DNA of 64,000 bases. Origin: an uncultured Candidatus Saccharibacteria bacterium (GTDB lineage: Bacteria; Patescibacteriota; Minisyncoccia; Phycocordibacterales; JACOZG01). The notes under the pieces were generated by a model. It saw only the letters and a program-made list of their open reading frames with translations, searched no databases and had not been told where the DNA came from. Below, piece after piece: positions 56,448-64,000 of the stretch. The first letter of the stretch is position 1, and every line of letters begins with the position of its first letter. The stretch lies in contig CAYHYA010000001.1 in NCBI GenBank assembly GCA_964360815.1, forward strand, positions 5,574-69,573. Direction: 5' to 3'. A program made the translations under genes and the position numbers.

Positions 56448-58139
56448 TCAAATTTTAGTCACTCGCAAAACTTCTTCGAGCGTGGTGAGGCCGGATAAAA
56501 CTTTATCCACGCCGTCCTCGAGCATGGTCGTGAGCCCGGCGCGACGGGCCGCTTGAACAATTTCGTTCGACGCGGCCCGCGCTACCACGAGTGCCTTGAT
56601 CGCATCATCCATCTCGAGCACTTCAAAAATGCCGACTCGCCCCTGATAACCAGTCTGACTGCAGACCGTGCAACCCTGTCCATGATAAAAAGTTAATTTG
56701 GTTAAACTGCTATAACCGCGGTCTTTAAAAATTTGTTTCAGTTCCGGCTCATCGACAATCAATTTTTTAGTTTCCGCCGAAGGTGCGGCCGAGACCCGAC
56801 AACGATCGCAAACTTTCCGCACCAGCCGCTGGGCGATAATTACGTTGATTGTCGAAGCGACGAGAAATGGTTCGATCTCGAGGTCAAGGAGTCGCGGTAG
56901 CGTGGTGGCGGCATCGTTCGCATGGAGCGTGGAGAGAACGAGATGGCCCGTCATGGCCGAATTAACGGCAATACCGGCGGTTTCCTCATCCCGAATTTCT
57001 CCAACCACGATAATGTCCGGATCCTGACGCACGATTGCCCGCAAACCCAAAGCGAAAGTTAGGTTAGTTTTCGGGTTAACCTGAATTTGGCTCACCCCTT
57101 CGATGTCATACTCAACCGGATCTTCGATCGTGGCCACATGAACGTCTCGCGTATTTAAAATTTTTACGACGGCGTAAACCGTCGTGGTTTTACCAGAGCC
57201 GGTCGGACCAGTGACCAGAATCATCCCGTGCGGATTATCTATCGCCCGTTTAACCTTAACTAAATCGGTCTCGCCCAAACCCAAATCCGTTAAGCTGAAC
57301 TTCCGGCTCTGTTCAGAAAGTAGGCGGAGCACGACATTTTCGCCATCAGTCACCGGCACGATGGACACGCGCACATCAATCGGTTCATTTCGAACCATAA
57401 ACTGGAGCTTGCCGTCTTGCGCCGAACGGTGTTCGTCGGTGCGCATCCGGGCGAGAATTTTGATGCGCGTTAAAATGACGTCAGACAAACCCCGTGGCAA
57501 TTCCAAAACATCGTGCATGACTCCATCAATCCGAAAGCGCACCAGCACTTTCTGTCGCGTTGGTTCGATGTGGATGTCCGAGCACTTATTCTGGTGACCA
57601 TATTGGAAAAGTAGGTCAACCAAGCGAATCGTCTGCTCGTCGCGCCCTTCTTTACTCAAGCGTTCGTCGAGTACTCGTTCTAGGGTTGACTCAAACTCGG
57701 ATTTCAAACTACCTTTGTAATTATTTAGGGCTTCGTCAAGATCGCGCCGCGTAATCAATCCCGCGATAATTCGTTCGCCCAAACGCTTTTCGAGCAAGTG
57801 CACCGTCGCCAGATCAGACGGATCAACCATGCCGACCTTGATTCCCTCACGCGAGCGCGATACGGCAATCACCCCGCGATGTCGCGCCACCATTTCCGGC
57901 ACTCGACTAAAAATCGCCGACTCAATCTTTTCGCGCCGGAGATCAAACCAGTGAAGATCCTGCGCCTCGGCCACCAAGCGGGCCAGATCGCTATCGCGGA
58001 TCAAGTCTTTATCAACCAAGACATCCCACAACTCGCGGTGCTCGGCCTGACTGGCAGTGACGGCCAACTCGAAATCGGCCAGTTTAAGATGACCTGGGGT
58101 GACGAGAATATTTTTTAATTGAGCGGTGGTTAGAGGCAC
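56448..58139 (-). CDS. pilB: Type IV pilus assembly ATPase (GspE/PilB family); the start was revised to the GTG at 58139, 1 nt after the upstream response-regulator stop
   Basis: Walker A LVTGPTGSGKTTT, Asp and His boxes, and a C-terminal tetracysteine (CDRC...CTVC). The track's ATG start would overlap the upstream gene by 113 nt, so a coupled TAAcGTG start is preferred. Confidence 0.8.
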   Translation of the reverse strand: MPLTTAQLKNILVTPGHLKLADFELAVTASQAEHRELWDVLVDKDLIRDSDLARLVAEAQDLHWFDLRREKIESAIFSRVPEMVARHRGVIAVSRSREGIKVGMVDPSDLATVHLLEKRLGERIIAGLITRRDLDEALNNYKGSLKSEFESTLERVLDERLSKEGRDEQTIRLVDLLFQYGHQNKCSDIHIEPTRQKVLVRFRIDGVMHDVLELPRGLSDVILTRIKILARMRTDEHRSAQDGKLQFMVRNEPIDVRVSIVPVTDGENVVLRLLSEQSRKFSLTDLGLGETDLVKVKRAIDNPHGMILVTGPTGSGKTTTVYAVVKILNTRDVHVATIEDPVEYDIEGVSQIQVNPKTNLTFALGLRAIVRQDPDIIVVGEIRDEETAGIAVNSAMTGHLVLSTLHANDAATTLPRLLDLEIEPFLVASTINVIIAQRLVRKVCDRCRVSAAPSAETKKLIVDEPELKQIFKDRGYSSLTKLTFYHGQGCTVCSQTGYQGRVGIFEVLEMDDAIKALVVARAASNEIVQAARRAGLTTMLEDGVDKVLSGLTTLEEVLRVTKI

Positions 58140-58140
58140 G

Positions 58141-58539
58141 TTAAGAGTGACGAGCGCGAGCGAGTTCGGCTTTAATTTTTTCCACCACGGTTTTAATCTC
58201 CACGTCCGACTTAACCAAATAATCGCTCGCCCCGAGCGCTTTGGCTTTGGCAATATCGGTGTCCTGTCCCAGGTTCGACAACACGATCACGGGCGGGGGT
58301 TTCGCCACTCGTCCCAACTTCATTTCCGCTAAAACCTCAAAACCGTTTTTCCGGGGCATGATCAGGTCGAGTAACACCAAATCGGGCGCCTCGCTTTTAA
58401 TCTTGTCGAGCGCCTCTTCGCCGTTGATCGCTTTGATCACGGTAAAACCCGCGCGCGTCAGCTTGTCGCCCAGGGCGACGGAAAGAAACTTGTCATCCTC
58501 GGCGAGCAGGATTTTGCCCAATGTTTTTTCTTCAGACAC
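58141..58539 (-). CDS. Single-domain response regulator (CheY-like receiver)
   Basis: ILLAEDD...DLVLLDLIMP...VIVLSNL...K carries the receiver Asp and Lys signature. There is no output domain. Confidence 0.75.
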   Translation of the reverse strand: MSEEKTLGKILLAEDDKFLSVALGDKLTRAGFTVIKAINGEEALDKIKSEAPDLVLLDLIMPRKNGFEVLAEMKLGRVAKPPPVIVLSNLGQDTDIAKAKALGASDYLVKSDVEIKTVVEKIKAELARARHS

Positions 58540-58548
58540 AAAATTTAT

Positions 58549-59676
58549 TTAATTTAAACCCTTGATCCCCTCTTTTTTGCTCATTCCGCTAAGCGGCAAG
58601 GTAACAGTGAAAGAGGTGCCTTGGCCCTCGAGCGAATCAAACCAAATTTGGCCACCGGCCGCTTCAACAATCGCTCGAACGATATAAAGACCGAGGCCAG
58701 TCCCCTCGGCTTCTTTATCCCTAATATTATCAGCCCGAAAGAGTTTCGTAAATATTTTCCCACGGGCGGCGTTCGGAATGCCATAGCCGGTATCGGTCAC
58801 TTTAATTGAAACCTGCTCCCCAGCGCGACTAATCGTTAACGTAATCGTCCCGCCGGCCGGCGTGTACTTAACGGCGTTCGAAAGGAGGTTTTGAAAAATG
58901 ATTCGCACCAACTTGGGATCGGCGTTGATCACCGGCACGGCCGGATCGTATTGCTTGTTCAGAGAAAGATTTTTGGCCGCCACTGGCGGCGCCAGTTCGA
59001 CCAACACTTCGTCGGCCACGGCCGCGAAATTGGTCGGTGCCGGATCAATGGCGAAAGTGCCAAGTTCGATCCGCGAAACGTTCAACAGCGAATTCACCAA
59101 TTCGACCATCCGCCGGTTGGAGTCTTGCAAGTTATGGAGATACTCACGCTGTTTGTCGTTCAACGGACCAACCTCTTCTTCGAGCATCATCTCCGAATAC
59201 CAGTTAACGGCCGAGAGCGGGGTTTTCAGTTGATGCGAAGCCAAAGAAACAAATTCCGTCTTGGCCTGATCAATCTCCTTCTCTTTAGTGATATCGCGAA
59301 ACAAAATGATCGCGCCGGAAACTTCGTTGTGGGTTAAAAGTGGCGCGATCATCATCGCCACGGGAAACCAGCGCCCATTCTTGGCCTTGACCGAAATTTG
59401 GTCGAGCAAACTAATCGAGATGATGTTTCGTTCAGCCATCGCCTTCTCGATCGGCAAAGAATCGTAAGACAACTCTCGGCCGTCGCGGCCGGAAACTAGA
59501 ACCGTGCGAATGTCTTGACCGGTCGCCTCGGACGGCGCCGTACGCAAAAGAATGCCGGCGGCCTGATTCATTAAAATCACGCGGCGTTCATTATCAATGG
59601 CGATCAACCCTTCGGCCATTGACGACAAGATGGCATTGAGCTGATTTTGCTTGTCTTTTGATTCTTCGTCGTCCAT
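58549..59676 (-). CDS. Cytoplasmic PAS-domain sensor histidine kinase
   Basis: PAS region (LIAIDNERRVILMNQAA), HisKA H-box (FVSLASHQLKTPLSAV) and HATPase_c N/G boxes (NAVKYTPAGG...DTGYGIP...GTGLGL). Confidence 0.75.
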   Translation of the reverse strand: MDDEESKDKQNQLNAILSSMAEGLIAIDNERRVILMNQAAGILLRTAPSEATGQDIRTVLVSGRDGRELSYDSLPIEKAMAERNIISISLLDQISVKAKNGRWFPVAMMIAPLLTHNEVSGAIILFRDITKEKEIDQAKTEFVSLASHQLKTPLSAVNWYSEMMLEEEVGPLNDKQREYLHNLQDSNRRMVELVNSLLNVSRIELGTFAIDPAPTNFAAVADEVLVELAPPVAAKNLSLNKQYDPAVPVINADPKLVRIIFQNLLSNAVKYTPAGGTITLTISRAGEQVSIKVTDTGYGIPNAARGKIFTKLFRADNIRDKEAEGTGLGLYIVRAIVEAAGGQIWFDSLEGQGTSFTVTLPLSGMSKKEGIKGLN

Positions 59677-59769
59677 TAGTGGGAATTATAACGCATCAGC
59701 CAGCGAACAAAAAACGCCCCGTCTAACTTTAAGTTTAAGACGGGGCGTTACTGTCGCCGCTTCCCACTT

Positions 59770-59991
59770 TTATTCTCTTACCAAAAAATGCACCGTATAG
59801 TAGGGTCTATCCACTCCATCCGCCGAACCGTGCCATTGAAAACTGTCGAAAATGATCGCGGTTCCCTGTTTTTCAGATAACTTCCGAAACCTCCTGTTCC
59901 TTTTCTTCAAAACTTTAAATCCCAACTCGATAATTTCACCATCAACATCGCCATTTTTCCTGGCCGGAACGCGAGCAACAAACGGCTTCAT
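59770..59991 (-). CDS. Small hypothetical protein (73 aa)
   Basis: Its start overlaps the upstream small ORF's stop (ATGA). No family recognised. Confidence 0.2.
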   Translation of the reverse strand: MKPFVARVPARKNGDVDGEIIELGFKVLKKRNRRFRKLSEKQGTAIIFDSFQWHGSADGVDRPYYTVHFLVRE

Positions 59992-60176
59992 CTGACCCTC
60001 GCGACAAAACCAAAACCTAGAGGTAGGCGTAGCTGATCTTTCTCATTGCTCCTTTGTCGCAGCCGTTTAAGCCTCCGGGCACGTTCATTTTTACAATCAA
60101 GACATCCCGACCCCTCGATCGACCCCCTATTACCACATTTCCCGCAGATGCCAACGGTATACCCTTTTTTATTCAT
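59988..60176 (-). CDS. Small zinc-ribbon-like hypothetical protein (62 aa) with a basic tail
   Basis: CGKCGNRGSIEGSGCLDC is a C4 pattern. The C-terminus is Arg/Lys-rich. Confidence 0.2.
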   Translation of the reverse strand: MNKKGYTVGICGKCGNRGSIEGSGCLDCKNERARRLKRLRQRSNEKDQLRLPLGFGFVARVR

Positions 60177-60259
60177 GCCCGACTACCTCCAGTTGAATCG
60201 GAGCCCGGTTTTCGGGTTAACGCAACCCGAACTAATCCAACGCTAGTTTAACCAATTGG

Positions 60260-62716
60260 TCAAACCGCGTCAACCTCGGCCAACCGGCAGTAACGCTGCC
60301 GCGCGAAGAACTTTCGAATTTCTTCCACCACGAGAATCGAGGCGGCCACGGCGATTAGCGCGAACCACTCCGACCAACCAAGCGGCACGGTGTGCAAAAA
60401 CTTTTGTAACCACGGATTATAAATAACCAGTAGTTGTAAAGAGATGACGATCGCGGTGGCGCCGAGCAAAAACTTGTTGGTGAAAAAATTAATTTGAAAA
60501 ATTGACTTCGTTTCGTGTCGACAGTTCCAAGCATTGAACCACTGGAACACCGCTAGCCCGGTCAACGCGACCGTTTGCGCATGGGCCAGATCGACGGCAA
60601 AATATTTCTGAAACAAATATAGTGTCCCCAGCATCATCGGCAAAGACATCACCAACATCCTCTGAACCATCAACTTGTCAACCAAATATCTTTTCGGCCG
60701 TTCAAAATTCCCCTTCAGCAAGCCGGCCTCTTTCGGTTCCATCGCCAGAGCCACGTCGAGGAAGCCATCGGTGACAAAGTTCAACCAAATAATTTGCGCC
60801 GGCAAAAGCGGTAAGGGGTAACCAAGAAAAAGCGCGCCCACAATAGTTAGGACTTCGCCCCAACTGGTGGAGAAGAGATAAAGAATGACTTTCTTGATCG
60901 TTTTGTAAATACTTCGGCCCTCTTCCACCGCCGACACGATACTGCCAAAATTATCATCCAACAGAACGATATCCGCGGCCTCTTTGGCCACTTCGGTACC
61001 GATCCGACCCATCGCCACGCCAAGATCAGCCGCCACGAGCGACGGCGCATCGTTGACGCCATCGCCAGTCATCGCCACGACTTCGCCGCGCGCTCGATAA
61101 GCGTTCACGATGCGTAGTTTGTGTTCCGGCGTGACCATGGCAAACACCGAAGTCTTGGCGAGCGCCAATGATAAATCGTGAGCCGAAAGCTGGTCAATGT
61201 CTTGACCGGTGAGAACGGTGTCGCCTTCTCGGTAAATGCCCGCTTCGCGGGCAATCGATCGCGCCGTGACCTTGTGATCGCCAGTAATCATCACCACGCG
61301 GATGCCGGCCTCGCGGGCGCGCGCCAAGGCCGCCGGCACTTCGGCCCGCAAGGCGTCTTTCATCCCCAAAAAGCCGACAAAGGTCAGCGCGTGGATTTTG
61401 GTCGAGGATAATTCTTCCGCCGGATGATCATCCTTGGCCACCGCTACCACCCTTAAGCCCTCCCGCGATAAAGACAGAAAAACATTTTCCAGTTCATGTC
61501 GTTTTTCCACCGACAACTCATGTTGACCGGTTGAACTCCAGATTTTTCGACAGAGACCGAGAATGGTTTCCGGTGCGCCGACTACTGTCAATAATTTACC
61601 GCTACTCGACATCGCCTCGCGATGAAGCGTGGCGTGATATTTAAGATTGTAATCAAACGGGATTTCGCCAATGAGGGGTGACTCGCGTTCGAGATCGTCT
61701 TTATGGAAACCAAGTTTTTTGGCCAGAACGAGCAGGGCGGCTTCGGTCGGATCACCGGCCACGCGCCAAATTTTATCAGTGGCGGAAAAGATTACTCGCG
61801 CGTCGGCGCAAAACGCCGCCATTTTCCCCACCAACACCAGTTCGGGGTGATTGAGCGGATCAATCACGGCTCCCGCGAGCTGGATTTCCCCGGTTGGTTC
61901 ATAGCCAACGCCGCCGACCGTAAAGATTTTTCCATCAGAGTAAACCTTCCTGATGACTAATTCGTTTTTCGTGATCGTCCCAGTTTTATCCACGGCAATG
62001 ACCCGAGCTTGCCCCAGCGCCTCAACTGCCTGAAGTCTTTTAACCAGAGCGTGATTTTTAGACATTCGCCAAACACCCGTGGCCAAAACGAGCGTCATCA
62101 CGATTAACAAACCTTCGGGAATAATGGAAACGGCGAGCGAAACCACGGTGGTAAACATCTCCTTGGTTGGCTGACCGGAAATCGCCCCGAGAATAAACAA
62201 ACCGGCGCTGATGCCGGCCACGACCCAGATAATCAAGCGTGATAAGTTGCGGATATCGTTTTTGAGTGGGATCTCCGTTTCGTTTATCGCCACGGCTTTA
62301 GAGATTTGGCCGACGGCAGTATGGACACCGGTGGCCACAACCAACGCGCGACCACTGCCGGCCAAGACCTGCGTGGCTTTGAAAATCAGGTTCTTGTGCT
62401 CTGGGGTTTTGTGAACCGGCTGGGATTCGCCGGTTAGGGCGGCTTCGTCAATTTTCAAATTAGCGGCGGTGATAATTCGCGCGTCGGCTGGCACCTTCTC
62501 CCCGCCACGGAGAATAACGATGTCCCCGAGCACGACCTCATGGTCGGGCACGATCAGTTCTTCACCATCACGAACCACCGTGGCGGTTGTTTCAACAAAC
62601 TTTTTCAGAGCCAAAAGGGTGTTCTGTGTTCGACCTTCTTGAACTGTGCCGATCAGCGCGTTAAAGACCAAAACGGCGAAAATGATCGCGCCGTCAACCG
62701 TCTCCCCCAACGCCAA
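60260..62716 (-). CDS. Cation-transporting P-type ATPase (Ca2+/Mg2+-type). The N-terminal ~60 aa continue in frame upstream to ~62890 without a canonical start codon
   Basis: DKTGTITKN phosphorylation motif, TGDGVNDAPSL hinge, 10 TM pattern. The Cation_ATPase_N-like segment ITLTELFQTLESNERGLSRAEAARRLERHGRNKL lies in frame at 62717..62890 but is preceded by TAA with no ATG/GTG/TTG. Confidence 0.8.
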   Translation of the reverse strand: MALGETVDGAIIFAVLVFNALIGTVQEGRTQNTLLALKKFVETTATVVRDGEELIVPDHEVVLGDIVILRGGEKVPADARIITAANLKIDEAALTGESQPVHKTPEHKNLIFKATQVLAGSGRALVVATGVHTAVGQISKAVAINETEIPLKNDIRNLSRLIIWVVAGISAGLFILGAISGQPTKEMFTTVVSLAVSIIPEGLLIVMTLVLATGVWRMSKNHALVKRLQAVEALGQARVIAVDKTGTITKNELVIRKVYSDGKIFTVGGVGYEPTGEIQLAGAVIDPLNHPELVLVGKMAAFCADARVIFSATDKIWRVAGDPTEAALLVLAKKLGFHKDDLERESPLIGEIPFDYNLKYHATLHREAMSSSGKLLTVVGAPETILGLCRKIWSSTGQHELSVEKRHELENVFLSLSREGLRVVAVAKDDHPAEELSSTKIHALTFVGFLGMKDALRAEVPAALARAREAGIRVVMITGDHKVTARSIAREAGIYREGDTVLTGQDIDQLSAHDLSLALAKTSVFAMVTPEHKLRIVNAYRARGEVVAMTGDGVNDAPSLVAADLGVAMGRIGTEVAKEAADIVLLDDNFGSIVSAVEEGRSIYKTIKKVILYLFSTSWGEVLTIVGALFLGYPLPLLPAQIIWLNFVTDGFLDVALAMEPKEAGLLKGNFERPKRYLVDKLMVQRMLVMSLPMMLGTLYLFQKYFAVDLAHAQTVALTGLAVFQWFNAWNCRHETKSIFQINFFTNKFLLGATAIVISLQLLVIYNPWLQKFLHTVPLGWSEWFALIAVAASILVVEEIRKFFARQRYCRLAEVDAV

Positions 62717-62907
62717 AATTGTTGCCCCGGCGGCTAAAAGAATATAAATTAACGGACTTTGAAATTGGCGCAGAAAGATCAGCGCCAGATGGTCAGTTTT
62801 AGCACTGGGTAATTTGTTTCGACCGTGGCGCTCAAGCCGGCGCGCCGCTTCGGCGCGGCTTAAACCGCGCTCGTTGGATTCAAGTGTTTGGAAGAGTTCG
62901 GTGAGAG

Positions 62908-63312
62908 TTATGGATTGGAATTAAAAGACTTAAACCACTCTTTGGCGTTCCTTGGCCAACCCAGCATAAAGAGCAGAGCAAGCGGCGCACCCCAGTTGGC
63001 CGAACGTTCAACGAAATCCCAAGCGGGATCAGGCCCAATTGGCCAGCGAATCAGGGCTGTCCATAACCCCCAAAGGGCCATCCAGAGTACCGCCAAACGA
63101 ATCGGTTTGATGAGAACGAGGATTGCGAGCAGGAGGTCGACCAGTCCAACCAGAAACAAAAGGTTGACGATTAAGCCGGTTTCGGTAATCCCTACGGCGT
63201 TAAAATACTTAAACCAACCCTCTTTACCCTGCAAAGCGAAAACACCATGACCAATAAACTCGCCAGCGACCGCCACCCGCAAAATCCACTCGACTAATTT
63301 TGAATTATTCAT
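62908..63312 (-). CDS. DoxX-family membrane protein
   Basis: 134 aa, 4 TM helices, GHGVFAL region as in DoxX. Confidence 0.5.
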   Translation of the reverse strand: MNNSKLVEWILRVAVAGEFIGHGVFALQGKEGWFKYFNAVGITETGLIVNLLFLVGLVDLLLAILVLIKPIRLAVLWMALWGLWTALIRWPIGPDPAWDFVERSANWGAPLALLFMLGWPRNAKEWFKSFNSNP

Positions 63313-63334
63313 AGTGATTCAATTATATCTCGAA

Positions 63335-63961
63335 TCAAGCTTGTCTAATATAACGCCTGTTGATAGTGATCGAGGTATACCCGAGAGCAATAAACACGAA
63401 ACCAAGAATCACGAGGGCAATCGGCCAACCGACCGAGTCGTAAAAATACTCGCTGGTGATATAAGAGACATGCGCGATTAAAAAAAGCGTGCTCCAAAGA
63501 AGCAGGCTACGATTTTTGAGGCGGGCGGACAAAAAGAGCCCGATGAGCACGATCAAGAAGAAGAATCCCTGCCACGGCGGTGAATCGAAAACCCGCGAAA
63601 AAGCGGCGGCTAAAAATCCGCCACTACCAAAGAAATAAAGCACGTCGAGTAATTTTTTATTCCAACCATCACGGAAAGCTTGAGCGAGTAAAAGATAGCT
63701 CGCCCCCACCACCATGGTGAGGTAGGCATATAAATCGTCGTGTCGATACGCCGGTCCCGGGGTCAGGGCTTCGATCAAGAGGTAAATAAAAGCCGTGCCG
63801 TTGGCGATAGCAAAAAAAGTCAGTAGCGGATGCTTGTGAATAGTGCTTAGCAACAAATAAAAACCACAGATCACGCCAAACACCAGCGCCACCGGCCCCA
63901 AAGAAACGAAATCTACACCGAGCTCGTGAAGCGTGACCAGCGCGCCACCCGGAATCAACAT
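63335..63961 (-). CDS. Polytopic membrane protein, hypothetical (may extend beyond the window end)
   Basis: 6 or more TM helices. The ORF is open to the window edge. Confidence 0.3.
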   Translation of the reverse strand: MLIPGGALVTLHELGVDFVSLGPVALVFGVICGFYLLLSTIHKHPLLTFFAIANGTAFIYLLIEALTPGPAYRHDDLYAYLTMVVGASYLLLAQAFRDGWNKKLLDVLYFFGSGGFLAAAFSRVFDSPPWQGFFFLIVLIGLFLSARLKNRSLLLWSTLFLIAHVSYITSEYFYDSVGWPIALVILGFVFIALGYTSITINRRYIRQA

Positions 63962-64000
63962 CCCGCCGAGAAAGTGGAAAATTACTCCGAGCTTGTCCGC

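Noticed and set aside
58141-58253. A 113-nt same-strand overlap between pilB (track start at 58253) and the response regulator.
   Set aside because: It is an artefact of choosing the most upstream ATG. A GTG at 58139 directly after the regulator's TAA gives a coupled, non-overlapping pilB start and retains the conserved GspE N-terminal domain.

Overview
Likely a Candidate-Phyla-Radiation (Parcubacteria-like) genome fragment of about 52% GC. This is inferred from the gene content: rpsF-ssb-rpsR is present without rplI, and secE-nusG-rplK without rplA. Most of the window is housekeeping: ftsK, recA, efp, recO, four aminoacyl-tRNA synthetases (metG, glyQS, ileS, argS), a dTTP-synthesis cluster, ribosomal and secretion genes, and a tRNA-His. 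The accessory content that stands out is listed below.

- **Diversity-generating retroelement (32.6-35.1 kb).** It has a reverse transcriptase with the DGR-specific LGNVTSQ motif, a 119-bp template repeat (TR), and a matching variable repeat (VR) at the 3' end of a target gene that differs almost only at adenine positions. This is the most interesting system in the window.
- **Four long poly-G/C tracts (8-9 nt).** They sit in surface-related or variation-related genes: the pilin leader, the DGR RT, a PEP-CTERM protein signal peptide and a surface-protein promoter. They are candidate phase-variation switches.
- **Complete type IV pilus locus.** pilB, pilC, pilM(N) and five prepilin-like genes, with an adjacent two-component system.
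- **Three type II toxin-antitoxin pairs.** MazEF-like (flanked by 93-bp direct repeats), HicAB and ParDE.
- **Candidate ~400-nt structured ncRNA.** It has its own sigma70-like promoter and an intrinsic terminator, and lies between metG and tatD.
- **IleRS with an inserted histidine-phosphatase (PGAM-like) domain.**
- **AT-rich islet next to tRNA-His.** It carries an HTH-GHKL/STAS pair of unknown function.
- **Frameshifted ABC exporter.**

All product calls come from reading the translations by eye, with no database search.
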